From Isurus oxyrinchus (lineage: Eukaryota): a stretch of 64,000 bases of DNA. The DNA lies in assembly GCA_026770705.1 (NCBI GenBank), contig JANJGN010000038.1:5518001-5582000 (forward strand). The letters run 5' to 3'. A program made the position numbers and the translations under genes. The notes under the pieces are model-generated. The model had not been told where the DNA came from. It saw nothing but the letters and a program-made list of their open reading frames with translations, and ran no database searches. Shown piece after piece: positions 1 to 12,989 of the stretch (its first letter is position 1; each line of letters starts with the position of its first letter).

Positions 1-301
1 CATGTGTGGTGTGTGTCTGTGTGTGCATGTGTGTGTGTGTTTTGTATGTGTGCGTATGTGTCCGAGTGTTTGTGCTCTTGTGTGCGTTTCTTTCTGTGTC
101 TTTCTGTGTTTCTGTGTCTGCGTGAGCGTGCATTATATGTTGTGTATGTGTATGTGCGTGTGTTTGTGTGTGAGTGTCTGTGTCTGCGCATGTGTGTTTG
201 TCTATCTGTATATATTGATGCGTGCTTGTGAATGTGTTTATGTGTGTGTATGTGTGTGTTTGCATATGCGCCGGTGTGTGTCTGGCTGTGTTCATGTGTG
301 T

Positions 302-333
<32 letters not shown>

Positions 334-342
334 TTGTGTGTG
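1..342. repeat. Degenerate (TG)n microsatellite
   Basis: Continuous imperfect TG repeat; the C/V-rich ORFs here are artefacts of it. Confidence 0.97.
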
Positions 343-499
343 AAACACGTCATACTTTTTGCAAATGAATTTCACAATGACCTTCGTCATCGTTCCATTC
401 ATAAAAGATGACGGACACACAGCAAACAAATCTATTTCAGATGGGTTGTCCCCAAATACTGCACAGTTTCTGATGGCTGAGGAGGTCAATCCTTGAGGG

Positions 500-1250
500 G
501 CAGTTTCCATCACAAGTGCCTCAAATGAAGCTAAACGCGATGTTATGGGCTGTTGTTTCTTGTCTTGGCATCTGTTGCCAAGCCGCTGTAGCAAATGGGC
601 ATCATGGTGATGCCCAACAGCTCACAGAAAGTGCTGCCATCTTCCTCTGTAGTCATCGAGTGAAATTCATGTCTGATAACCGCTAATTAGGGCCTCCATG
701 TCACGGATGTAACGGTCCTACAAGCAGAGCTTTGGGCGTCTCACTGTCCGCCTGGCCCTTAGCTCTGTGACCACCTTCCAACCTGTAAACGGGCCCGAGC
801 CATCCAACCTCCCTCTGTTTGCTGAGCCTAACAGACTTGGGAGCTCTGTCTTTGAGAGGGCTGCCGCTTCCTGATTGTGTCCCGCCAGGAGATACCCAAT
901 AACCACCGCACACAGTGCAGATGGAAGTTGCGGAGATTTATTTCTTGATAACTGTAAGTCGTCCATGTTTCACAGCCAGACAACAAGGTACTGAGGACAC
1001 AGGCCTAATACACCATCTGCTTGGTGTCAAAGGTCAGCTTGATGTTAATTCATGTACGTTTCATGAGTCAGGTGATATCTGTTTCCCCGTGTGTGTATCA
1101 GGAACTGCATCAAGGAGCAGACTGTCTGTCACTGAGGAACCTGGGGAGCAGGATTTACCAGCCACATCCAGCCGGGTGTTACCTTGCGTGATCAGTGGTG
1201 GAAGTGCAACACTTTAAACATGATTTTCTTGACGTTTTTAATCAAATAGA
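500..1250 (-). mobile_element. Decayed 3' fragment of an RTE-clade LINE
   Basis: Minus-strand frameshifted remnants (LSKTELPSLL, WLGPVYRLEGG, RRPKLC) resemble the RTE ORF C-terminus (LRWLGHV.RM...GRPKLR). Confidence 0.6.
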
Positions 1251-1461
1251 ACAAGTTAAAACCATGCTAGAGATGGTAAATAAGTCGCTGTTGATCTTCT
1301 TGTACAATAACTCTGTGTAACAGAATTTATTAAATCAGCACGGGGGTCGGGGTGCGCTTATGCTCTGTCATTGCAATGCTACCTGCTGATAAACGGTGCC
1401 ATTAATTCAAGAATCTCGGATCCAAATGTGGCTCCACGTGTAGTAGCTCCAGTAAAATCTC

Positions 1462-1556
1462 TGCTCCAGGTGAGGCTCGAACTCACAACCTCGGCATAAC
1501 CCGCTGATCGCACTGCTCTATAAGTATCGCGCGCTAACCGATTGCGCCACTGGAGC
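1462..1556 (-). tRNA. tRNA-Ile(UAU) with 21-nt intron; anticodon-stem variant
   Basis: Minus strand reads GCTCCAGTGGCGCAATCGGTTAGCGCGCGATACTTATA (exon 1, 1556-1519), intron 1518-1498, then ATGCCGAGGTTGTGAGTTCGAGCCTCACCTGGAGCA (exon 2, 1497-1462). Mature length is 74 nt, A and B boxes are intact, and a TTTT terminator lies at 1457-1454. Confidence 0.95.
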
Positions 1557-2589
1557 ACCTGCTGATGTCTGCATTTGATCTGGTTACATTTCTCACAGAT
1601 CATTGGGGTCAGACATGATGTCTTGATGGCAGATTGGTCAATGGGGTCTCAATAAATTTTTATGATACTATATGAACTGTAATATATTTTGAATGAAATA
1701 ACATGCTGAAAATGGGCCAGGGAAACCTTGTTAGTTTTCACAAGACTGAGCATGGACACTGCAGAAGGTCCTACGCCTTTTTCAATATTGTTTTTCTTAA
1801 CTCCGAGTTTTCAAGAGGGAACTGGACAAATATTTGAAATGGAAAAGCTGTCGGGTTATGAAGAAATAGAAAGATATTGAGACTAACTGGGCAGCTCTTT
1901 GAAAAAAGCTGGCGTGGGCACGATGGGTCCTAATGAGCTGTGAACTTTTACGATTCCAGTGCGAGATCAATTTGTTCCTAAATATCCCAGCCCAATCGGA
2001 TTTCTGCAAAGGATAACCCAGAACTGCAACATGAGGACACAGTTTGAAATTCTATACAAGTCCCTCTGGCTAACTCTCTGCGCGGGGTTTCTGTAGTTTA
2101 CTGTGTGTCATATTCGCCCAACAGGCGCACAAACCCCCGTTCAAAATGGGACAGAAACACTACCAAACGCATTTATTCTCCGAGCCGCCAGAAATCAGTA
2201 ATTCACGTTTGTTGTTGAATATTAACTGAATACAGCATCTTACACTGTGAAAAAGAACAGACTTATGGGACACTGCAGGCTTACAGCACTGATCAGAAAT
2301 GAACAATTTCAATTCCGGAGTTCTGATAATTTCTGAGATAAAATGATACCTGCAAATTGAGCCTTTCAATTCATTTCTCAGGGGACGAAGATAACACAAG
2401 TGTCACAGGATGGACAGGAGCAGTCATAGTCCGAAAGGTTGAAAGAGTGTTGATTACCTAATGATCAAAAAGGAAACTTCAAAATTGATAATAGATTGAT
2501 AATTTTAAACTGTTCTCAGCTCTACTAGTTACCTTATAACGAAGACCCATGGACTGTCAGTGATTATTGAGCTGATAATCTAGTTTAAC

Positions 2590-2970
2590 ATTAATACTGC
2601 CCTTGTAAGTGATACTCCGGTGTAATAATAACCTTGCAATTGATAACCATTGATTATTGGTGTCCATGGAAATGGTGCCCTGTTCTAACAATGACTTTGC
2701 CATTTGATGAACCGGTCCAAGTGATGTCACCGGCAAACGGTGATCATGTGATTGAAATATGTTGTTTTACTGCTCTTGTACCCGACACTCCAGTCCAACA
2801 GTGACCTTGTAGCTTATATCAGGATCTACAGTTGACCCTGTACCTGACAGTCCGGTCCAGCAGCTACCTTTAAATTTAACTTGAGGCCAAGAATAAATTT
2901 CTACCTGATATGCCGATCTAATATTGAACATGCACCTGACACTTCGATCTAACAGTAACTTTGTTACAGG
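2590..2970. repeat. Degenerate minisatellite, unit about 32 bp
   Basis: Recurrent motif like CTGACACTCCGGTCCAACAGTGACCTTGTAC, seen near 2610, 2783, 2845, 2905 and 2937. Confidence 0.6.
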
Positions 2971-3799
2971 TGCCTAATGCCATAGATCATATGTTTTAGA
3001 ACAGTAGGTTTATTTTCAGTAATGGATGGAGAATTCCACAGATTAATGACCTTTTGGGAGAGGATCAAGAGTTTTGAATTTATGCCCTGAAGATGTTCTA
3101 GGAATCACTGTCGGCTTCCAATGTGATCGGACAGACCACAGGATAAATGTTCGACATTTCCTTCTAGCATTCTGTGGGAACCAGCCGAGATCATTCTCCT
3201 GCATCAGAAACTACAGTCCAAGGGGATGCACTTGTACATGTTTGTTCAATGTCCGTAATTAATATGAATGGGTGACAGAACCTCACTTGTTTGTTCAAAG
3301 TTAGACAAGCACATTCTAGGCTCCCTAACTGTGCCTCTGGGGGGTTAAATCTCAGGTATAATAGTCACTACTTCAATAGTCGAACAGAGCGTGGGTGCTT
3401 CTCACCGCTGCTCCTCTCAGAAGATGCACTTTCCACCAAGAGGCCCGCTCTGTGCCATACACTACACCGCCCTCGCCACTGTAACTCCCAGGCAAAACGT
3501 GTCTCAGTTCTCTCCGCTTCTCAGTTTATGTTCCTCTTTCACAGGAGTTAGGCATCGCTGGCGAGGCCACCCATGTATTGGCCATCCCTAATGAAGGTGA
3601 TGGTGGACAGTCTCCTTGAACCGCCGCTGTCCACGTGGATTGAGAGGAGCTGGGGAACTTTCCAACCGCTCTGCCTCACTCATACCGAACTGTTTCTGGT
3701 CAATTCTGCAAAGCCAGGGATTAAAGATTTTTCATTACCCTTATTATTGTTAGCGTTACTCCATCATGGGATTGGAGCAGAACCGACTGGGCTGACATA

Positions 3800-4040
3800 T
3801 ATCACCCCTCCCTAATTGCCCTTGAGGACTGTGTGGCTTGCTGGGCCATTTCAGGGGGCAATTAAAAGTCAACCACATTGCTGTGGGTCCGGAGTCACGT
3901 GTAAGCCAAACCGGGTAAGGACGGCAGATTTCCTTCCCGAAAGGGACATTAGTGAACCTGATGGTTTTTGTTTTTAAAGCTGTGGTTAGTTATAATTGTC
4001 CTGGTCACCATGATGGAGACTAGCTTTATAATTCCAGGCT
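3800..4040 (-). mobile_element. HE1-like shark SINE fragment
   Basis: Reverse complement of the motif at 6450-6610 (GGTTCACTAATGTCCCTTTCGGGAAGGAAA...TGACTCC...AAGGGCAATTAGGGA). Confidence 0.75.
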
Positions 4041-4619
4041 GTATAATCAATTCCAACATTACCATTAGGACACTATCTCCCCCCAACAATTTAAATGTTA
4101 GGCACAATAAATCAGCAATATCCGACATTCAATGTCGCTCAGCCCTGTTGACTTTGACTCTCAGTCAGGGTCACTCCAACTCTTACATTAGGGTCTCGCC
4201 GATCCCCCACATCGAACACGATGGCTCCTCACCAGGGAAAATGATCGTTCCTGGCTTCAGAGAGAGGCACGAGTGTTAGGCCAAGTTAGTACAGCAGAGA
4301 ATCGGTTCATTTTTAAACCTTCGACACACCCTCCTCTTCTCACCTGGAGTCAATCCTTTATGTCGCATCTGAAGGCCCTTCAGCCACTGTCTATGCCAGC
4401 TCACACAGAGCAGTCCCATTCATTCCCATGATATTGTCCGGAAAATGGCCTCGCCTCAAGAGCCCAATTTCATTCAGAAATCAATCATTTCCACTTGGAT
4501 AACCCTTGGGAGCAGCGAGATCCAGGTCATTACCACTTGCTGTGTCAAAACACTCATGTCCCCACCTCACCACTCCGCTGCCATTCCTCACCCAAGAGGC
4601 AATGGGTACTATAAAAGGT

Positions 4620-6225
4620 ATGGGCCCTGACTTGTGCTCCAGAACTTGCTGCACGCCTAGCCAAGCTCTTTCAGTAGATCTAGAACACTGGCATCTACCC
4701 GGCTATGTGGAAATTTTGCCCAGTGCGCAAAAAGCAGGACAAATCCAACCCAACCAATTGCCACCCCATCAGGCAGCTCTCCATCATCAGTAAAGTAACG
4801 GAAGGGGTCATCAGTGCTATCAAGGAGCACTTTAGTAATAATCTGCTCACTGATGCCCAGTTTGGGTTCTGCCAGGGCTACTCAGCTCCTGACCTCATTA
4901 CAACCTTCGTTCAAACATGGACAGAAGAGCTGAACTCTCGAGGTGAGGTGCGTGTGACTGCCCTTGATATCAAGGAGCCCTAGCAAAACTGGAGTCAGTG
5001 GGAATTACGGGGAAAACTCTCCGCCGTTTGCAGTCATACCGAGCACAAAGGGAGATGGCTGTAGTTGTTGGAGGTCAGTCGACTCAGCTCCAGGACATCA
5101 CTGCAGGAGTTCCTCAGGGCAGTGTCCTTGGCCTAATCATCTTCAGCTAATTCATCAATGACCTTATTTCCATCATAAGGTCAGAAGTGGGGATGTTCGC
5201 TGATGATTGTACAATGTTCAGAATCATTCGTGACTCCTCAGACACTGAAGCAGTCCATGTCCAAATGCAGCAAGACCTGGACAATATCCAGGCTTGGGCT
5301 GACAAGTGGCACGTAACAATCACACCACACAAGTGTCAGGCAATGACCCTGTCCAACTAAAGGGAACCTAACCATCGTCCCTTGACATTCAATGGGATCA
5401 CTGTCACTGAATCCCCGACTATCAACATCCTGGCGGTTACCCTTGACCATAACCTGAACTGAACTATCCACATAAATACTGTGTCTACTAGAGCAGGTCA
5501 CAGTCTGTGAATCCTGCAGCGAGTTAGCCAACTCCTGACTCCCCAAAGCCTGTCCACCATCTACAAGGCAAAAGTCAGGAGTGTGATGGAATACTCCCCA
5601 CTTGCCTGCATGAGTGCAGCTCCCACTGCACTCAATACTCTTGACATGACCGAGGACAAAGCAGCCGGTCGATCGACACCACATCCACAAACACTCATTC
5701 CCTCCACGACCGACGCACAGTGGCAGTAGCGTGTACCATCTACAAGATGCACTGCAGGAACTCACCAAGGATCCTTCGGCAGCACTTTTCAAACCCACGG
5801 GCACTACCATCTTGTAGGACAAGGGCAGCAGACACAAGGGAACACCACCTCCTGGAAGTTCTGCTCCAAGTCACTCACCATCCTCATTTGGAAATATATA
5901 GCCGTTCCTTCACGGTCGCTGGGTCAAAATCCCAGAACTACCCAGCAGCATTGTGGGTGCATCTACACCACATAGATTGGTTTCATTTGTCTTTTAGTGA
6001 AAGAAACCTGCCATCCTCACCTGGCCTACATATGACACCAGATCCACAGCAAGTGTGGTTGACACTTTACTGTCCCCTGAAATGACCCTCACAATCAGGG
6101 GTGGACAGCAAATGCTGACCTTGGTTCAAGGCAGTAGGTCATCACCATCTTCAAGGGCAATTAGGGATGGGTAATAAATGCTGGCCCGGCCAGTGAAGCC
6201 CACATCCTGCAAACAAATAAAAATT
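4620..6225 (+). mobile_element. Decayed HER1-like (CR1/L2 group) LINE: RT region plus HE1-type 3' tail
   Basis: RT motifs QFGFCQG, VTALDIK, GVPQGSVLG, FADDC and YKAKVRSVMEYSPLA, broken by stops and frameshifts; 3' tail AAGGGCAATTAGGGATGGGTAATAAATGCTGGCC. Confidence 0.85.
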
Positions 6226-6269
6226 TACCCTGCCTCATGGTTTTGAATTCAACCGCCTCTGAATTCTAC

Positions 6270-6650
6270 CTGGGGCAGATGGAGGATTAGTGGTAACCTC
6301 ACAGGACTAGTAATCTGAAGAGCCAGGCTAATTCTCATTGGTTAAAATCCCACTACAGCAGTTCGTGCAATTTAAATTCACCAAGTCTAGAAAACGAAGC
6401 TCGTCTCAGAAATGGCGACGATGAAACTCATCGATTGTTGTAAAAACCCATCTGGTTCACTGATGTCCCTTTCGGGAAGGAAACCTGCTGTCCTTACCCA
6501 GTCTGGCCTACATGTGACTCCAGACCCACCGTAAATGTGGCTGACTCTTAAATGCCCCAGGAAATTTGCCCCAGCAGGCCACTCAGTTCAGTGGCAATAA
6601 GGAGTGGACAGAAAATGCTGGCCCTGCCAGTGATGTCCACAAACCATAAA
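6270..6650 (+). mobile_element. HE1-like SINE, near full length
   Basis: tRNA-like head, central GGTTCACTGATGTCCCTTTCGGGAAGGAAACCTGCTGTCCTTACC and HER1-derived tail. Confidence 0.8.
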
Positions 6651-7784
6651 GAGAAAGACAGAATAAAATGGGACACCTGCAAGAGTGCAGTGCTCAGTCC
6701 TGCACAGCCCCATTGGGCCTAGGGTGGAGCTTCAATCCGGACATCATCCTCGGTAGAATACCTCATGCTAAAGTGATCATTTAAGGGCCTGACAGACTAT
6801 TTCACACTAACATTGCACTGAGTAAAACATTTCAGGATCTAAAGACAAGACACATGGTGGGTACATTTCAATGTAAATCTTTAATATTTAGAAAAAATTA
6901 AAACATTTCAAAGATTCCAAAATCTCATGTCTCGCACATGGCTACAGTGCCCCAGGATGAGCCCAACAGTAATGGGAATTGTGGGAACAGGTTCAAGTAG
7001 AGAGAGGGAGAGAGCACGTGAGCAATATCAGACACGATGGACATTGTCATTCAGACCAGACCATCGCCATTCAGGTCATTTCAACTGGTCAACTTGACCG
7101 GAAATAGAACAAAGGGACAAATGGAGGGCAGCGATTTAACAAACTTTAAAAAATATGAACTGACCTGGTGACGAATATGAGCCATGAATGCATTAAGGAG
7201 AAAGTTTATGGTACTTGGCAAATGCTCGGCTGTTAGCAATATTTGACTGAGAACAGTTTATATAGGCGGGCAGATGCCGATGGGGCAGAAGGCGTTCCAT
7301 TCTGCATTTCACAAGCAGTCGCCCACGGACAAGTTCAAGCACAAGTGCCTGGTGATGAATTCGAAGACCATAAGATGGCAGACACATTCGTTCAGGATAA
7401 ATCGAGGCTCACTGGTCTTCAGATCCTCCTCTTTGCTTGGAATTGGCCCGTGTCACTAAAAAAGGGGAACACGGGTGAGAAAGAGTTCATTCTCAAGGGT
7501 GTTGAGATCTGTCAGGCTAACCTCCCATCCCCCTCTGTCTGTCCTACACACGACTGAACCCCCTACCCCCAGCGATAGTCAGTTAACTGGAGCTGCGATC
7601 CTGATATTCATGTAGTGAGCAGGGAGTGACCAGGCTCTCAGTTTGCTGGTTAATCACACTGCAGTCCCATATCAGAAACTCGTACATGGAACAGCATTAA
7701 CTTGCTAACAGGGATGCAACTGCAGTGACATTAACAACAGTCATAAACCTGAAACAGTTGTCGATTTATTGGTACTTTGGCATA

Positions 7785-8450
7785 TTTAATTCATTTCACA
7801 GGATGTGGGCATCACTGGCTGAGCCAGCATTTATTGCCCTTCCCTAGTTGCCCCTTAGAAGTTGGTGGTGAGCTGCCTTCTCGAGCCACTGCAGTCCATG
7901 TGGTGTAGGTACACCCACAGTGCTGTTCGGAATGGAGTTCCAGGGTTTTGACCCAGCGAAGCGAAGGAAGGACAATATATTTCCAAGTCAGGATGGTGAG
8001 CGACTTGGAGGGGAATTTCCAGGTGGTGGTGCTCCCATGTGTCTGCTGCCCTTGTCCTTCTAGGTGGTAATAGTCATGGGTTTGGAAGGTGCTGTCGAAG
8101 GGGCCTTGGTGAATTCCTGCAGTTCATCTTGTAGATGGTACACGCTGCTGCTACTGTGCGTCGGTGGTGGAGGGAGTGAATGTGTGTGGATGAGGTGCCA
8201 ATCAAGTGGGATGCTTTGGTGTCAAGATTCTTAAGAGTTTGTGTTTAGGAGAAGCACAAATTCAGGCAAGAGGAGAATACTCCATCACACTCCTGACTTG
8301 TGCCTTTAGATGGTGGACAGGCTCTGGGGAGTCAGGGGGTGAGTTACTCATCGTACAATCCCAGCCTCTTTGACCTGCTCTTGTGACCACAGTATTTATA
8401 TGGCTAGCCGAGTTTAGTTTCTGGTCAATAGTAACCTCCAGGATACTGAC
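7785..8450 (-). mobile_element. HER1-like LINE 3' fragment
   Basis: Inverted homolog of 5430-6200; minus ORF ends in KAQVRSVMEYSPLA. Confidence 0.85.
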
Positions 8451-9114
8451 AATGCATTTATGATACAAGTACGCTGCAAGTATTCCTGCTGAAGAATTTT
8501 AGATAAATGAATTTATTCAATGGCAAAGAGTACCGCATGAATGAATTAAAAGGGTCAAAGCCTCGTCTCAAATCCGTTTCATTGTCTTGTGATTAAAGTA
8601 ATGCAACGCTACCCTCTGCTGGCAGCTCACCGTCACTACAGGCGGTGCTGTTTGCCAGCCTCAGAGAAGTTCCGTTACTGCATGGTTGCATTTTAAAACA
8701 TATTGACGAATTATGTATATGGAACAATACTCTGTCGGATTGAAGTTCGCAGCAGGGTTCGCTCTTTTACCACCTGACGCTGTACATGAACTCTCTCATC
8801 ATTCCCCATTGGAGGTATTGGCTGGAGCTGGTTGTTGGGAGTTATTTCAGACTGCAATGTGCATATTTGGTGCAGTTATCAGACTCTAATCTCATTCAGA
8901 ATGGGAGTATTTAAACTTTGCTGTATTCTGTAATTCCTCTGCAATACATTGTCAATGTTCAACCCGACACATTGGATCTTGTTAAAGCTTTTTTACTACT
9001 TATGTCTCCAAGATAATGTTCTCCATTTCTCACATTCTTGGTCCAAGGGGGGAAATTATATATATCAAACACAAACAATATATGGGAGAGAATTTATTTT
9101 CACATCTTTACAGC

Positions 9115-9400
9115 CTGGTCGGAGAATCTAAAACACGGGGAATGGTCTCAGGATAAGGGGCCGAACATTTTGGTCTGAGATGAGGAGGAATTACTTCACT
9201 CAAAGTGTTGTGAACCTTTGGAATTCTCTACCCCAGAGAGATCTGGATTCTCCATCCACTTTAGTTCGGGATAGGCAGGGTTACAGTGTCTCGGGGATTT
9301 AAGGGATATGGGCAAAGGGCGGAAACAAGGAGTTGATTGACAGAGCAGATCGACGGCCATTCCGCCTACTCCTGCTCCTATTCTTGTGTTCCTGTAAGAA
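9115..9400 (+). mobile_element. CR1 LINE 3' fragment
   Basis: Typical CR1 C-terminal remnant (TTCACTCAAAGTGTTGTGAACCTTTGGAATTCTCTACCCCAG) and 3' UTR. Confidence 0.75.
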
Positions 9401-10749
9401 TCAATATTAACAGCTTCCACCCTTTCGAGAGTCTGCTCCATAGATCGAACACCCATTGGAATATTAACCTGAACTTTCCAGGTCCATTAGAGGCAGGCTG
9501 GTAGGTGGCAAGGCTGGCACTATGCCGGGGAAGGCGTCAGGAAGCGTGGAGAGAGGGAATCTGTGTCCGTCCCAGGGCCTCGTTTGCTTTGCTCATTGTT
9601 GAAAGATTATCAACTCTTGTCAGTCAGAAACCAGTTTTTATTCTTTTACCATACAGGTTATTTTTTCCATATGTGATTTTTCCTTCCTTAATTCCTTATC
9701 TCCATGTGACAAATTTTGAATTCCCTCCGAGGAATGTTATCCATTGCCTTTCTGCCCATTTTTCACGTATTTAAATCCGCCCATAGCTTACCCTGATCAG
9801 ATGTGCACCTATGATCTTCATTAGCCTTTTCCCGCTCTGCAGTTTTAAGCATTGATCTTCTGGCTTCATTTATTATCATCTAAAACTAATGCGGAATGAA
9901 ACAGAACAATGTGGGATCCCAGCGTTAATATGCTTCCTGTCCGAATACAATCTCTGTATCATTACAATCTGGAATCTATCAATCAACCAATTCCGATTCC
10001 CTTGCAGTCCTCCCTCTGATTGTGGCGATATTTCTTCCAGGGTCCCATCCTTTCCAGAGGAACTGTTTAGAAAGCCGACAGGAATCCAAATGCATCACAT
10101 CCACTGTCTCTCTTGCCCCATGAAGCTCGTTTTACTCACGTTCAAAGTGATCAGTCAGCTCGATAAGCGAGTCCTTTCCTTCATGGACACTTACTGGCTG
10201 CAATGAAAGGTTCTCCTTCTCTCCACATGCCCCATAAACCTTCCTTTCTTACGGGTTTACGAGGGGTAACTCATTGTGATTTCCTGACTCACTTTTGCGA
10301 AGATTTTACCAAAGAACAATAAACGCTGCATTTTATTTTATCTGCTCGCCAGGCGTCTTTGCAGAATGCAAGCATTATTCACAGATTTATGACTGAGAAC
10401 CTGCAGATTTTTGCTTAATTCCGTAAAAATCCTCGGATGCATCTTATCTGGGCCGTGGATTGATTCAGCTGGATTTCCACAGCTCTTCATTAACCATGCT
10501 GGTGCTAACGTAATAAATGTAGCAATTTGCCCCTGAAAGTCCTATGGTCTCATTTGCGGATCAAATGTACATATTAACTGTTCCCTCTTTCATAGAAGAT
10601 GAAACAAAAATACATATTTAACGCAATTATAGCCCCGCTAGCATCAGTTGTGTTGCCCTTACTCGATCATATTTTCGCACTCCACCTATGTTATTTTCTT
10701 GTAACAACAACAAAAATATATTATCGTTTTCACCCCTTGCCATACGCTG

Positions 10750-11135
10750 TTTGAAAGGAGTTTTGTTAAAGTTGTCCTGAATCATGATGGACTGGACAGA
10801 GTAGGCAGGGAGAAATAGTTCCCAATGTTGGAAGATTCGAGAACAAGTGGGCACAGATTTAAGATAATCAGGAAAAGAAGCAACGGCGACATTTAAAAAT
10901 GAACTTTTTTTCGCGCAGTGAGTGGTTAGGATTTGGAGTGGACAGGCTGAGAGTGTGGTGGAGGCAGATACAATTGATGCTTTCAAAAATAAATTGCATC
11001 ATTTTCGGAAAAGAGAAAAATGCTGGACTAGGGGGAAAAGTGTGGAACTGGGTCAATTGTTCCTTTAGATGATTAGCACAGGCCAGACAAATGGCCTTTT
11101 ACTTTTCTGTAAGAATTCTTCGATTCTATGATTGA
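10750..11135 (+). mobile_element. CR1 LINE 3' fragment
   Basis: GGGCACAGATTTAAG remnant; ends in GATTCTATGATT CR1-type terminal repeat. Confidence 0.7.
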
Positions 11136-11679
11136 TATCAGAAACAGTAAATTAAATCAGCATTTTCACAGCATCTGCAATAGCAAGATTTGTCCAGCAG
11201 ATGGAACCGAAACCATGATTGTTCAAATTGCGTGAGGCTGGCATTTCTCAATGGTTGCTGCATTGGCCCTGTCTCCACTCATATCAAACTGGACCCCGTG
11301 CCTGTTTAAATAACACTAGGTCTTGTCATTGATTATGTTAGAGGAGGTTGTGTCCCACTTATTTCTGTATTCGGCCCAATCTCTGCTGTCAGCTTACTCA
11401 ACCAGGCCCTCTTTCTGTTCTGTGAGACACTATCAGTTATTACTGCATGGAACTATGTCTCAGATAACATGACAAAACGTCAGGTCCCAATTGTTAATGC
11501 CTTGTACAATGTTCCCCTTTGTATTAAACTGGAACATATGTCTGTTTGCGTTGCACGAGGCTTTCCCTCAGTTATTACTTGAGTTGACCCTGCCATGTTT
11601 ATATTAAGCTAGAGGAGGTCACAGTGAATGCTGCACAAGTCCATGTTCTGTTTATATAACACGATGCCCTGTCTCTGTT

Positions 11680-12330
11680 GTTAGTGCTGACAGGCTGATT
11701 AATAAAGCATATGGTATCTGAGGCTTTATATATTTGGGGCACAAAGTTCAAAATCAAAGAGATTTTCGAACACAGTTAAAGGCTCAACATGAGCATTTGC
11801 GTCCAGTTCTGGGCACCACACTTTAGGAAAAGTGTGAACGTATCAGTGAGAGAGTAGGAAAGATTCACGAGAATGGTTCCAGGGATGGAGACCTTCAGTT
11901 AAACTGGTAGAGCAGATGAATTGGTACTGTTTTCCATAGAGGAGAAAAGGTTGAGGCAGAAGTTATGCATGTATTCAAAATCTAGATGGGTCTGGACAGA
12001 GTTGAAAGTAGAAAACGGTCCAATTGGTGGAAGATCAAGAACCAAGGGGCACAGATTTAAGGTAATTGGGAAAATAAGCGTTAGCAGCATGAAGAAATGC
12101 TTTTGTTCATGCAGCTAGTGGTTAGGACCTTGAATGGACTGCGTGAGGATGTGGTAGAGGCCGTGACAATCGAGTCATTCAAAATGGGATTGGATAATTA
12201 TATGAAAAGGAGGAAAACATTTGACCTACAGGGAGCAGACAGAGAATGGCGGGAGATGAATTAATCCTTCACAAGACAAGAACAGTAAGAACGAATGGAA
12301 TGGCCTTTAAGTAGTGATAATACTACGAAT
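11680..12330 (+). mobile_element. CR1 LINE 3' fragment
   Basis: VQFWAPHFRK and RTKGHRFKVIG remnants. Confidence 0.8.
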
Positions 12331-12989
12331 ATTATATGGTTTTATGTTGATACGAAATAGTATTTATGTTATCTTTACAGCTCAGTTTGAGTTTCTGCTA
12401 TTGAGGCTATATAGCTTTTAGGCTGAGAGCAGGAACTGGTGTTATTGCCTTAATTACTTTAAGGTACAGAGAAGCTTAGGTTCGATGAATTATATTTGTT
12501 TTATTTGAATTGTGCAATTGAGGGATTCTTTGTCAGTTTCAAAGGGATAAACAAAAAAGGTGAATTCAGCAGCTTTAACTTAATACGACACCTCATCTTA
12601 AAACTAAACGATCTATGACTTGGTTCAATTGACGAACCATATCCGTAAAGCAGAAGATCTGTACTGGAGGGCAGCCTTTGTCTTGACATAACTGTAGGAA
12701 GGTGTTATTAACATTTATTAATAATGTATTGTATCTCTGGTATGGTGCTAAAACAAGTGTTGACGTAGCTATATACGATAAGTTGTATTGTTGATAAGAA
12801 GATGTAACATTGTTTGCAATAGCTCTGTATTTACAAGGGTGCGTTATTTGCTCACAATTGAATATACATCCCGGAGCCCAGGGAATAAGAGATACAGATT
12901 TGTCTTCAGTGTTCATGGCTTTAGACACAGAGATGAAGTGACACCAAATGAGCCTCACCCCAAGCCAATGAAAGAGGTTAATTTTGATT

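Noticed and set aside
2-343. Cys/Val-rich ORFs
   Set aside because: Translation of (TG)n repeat.
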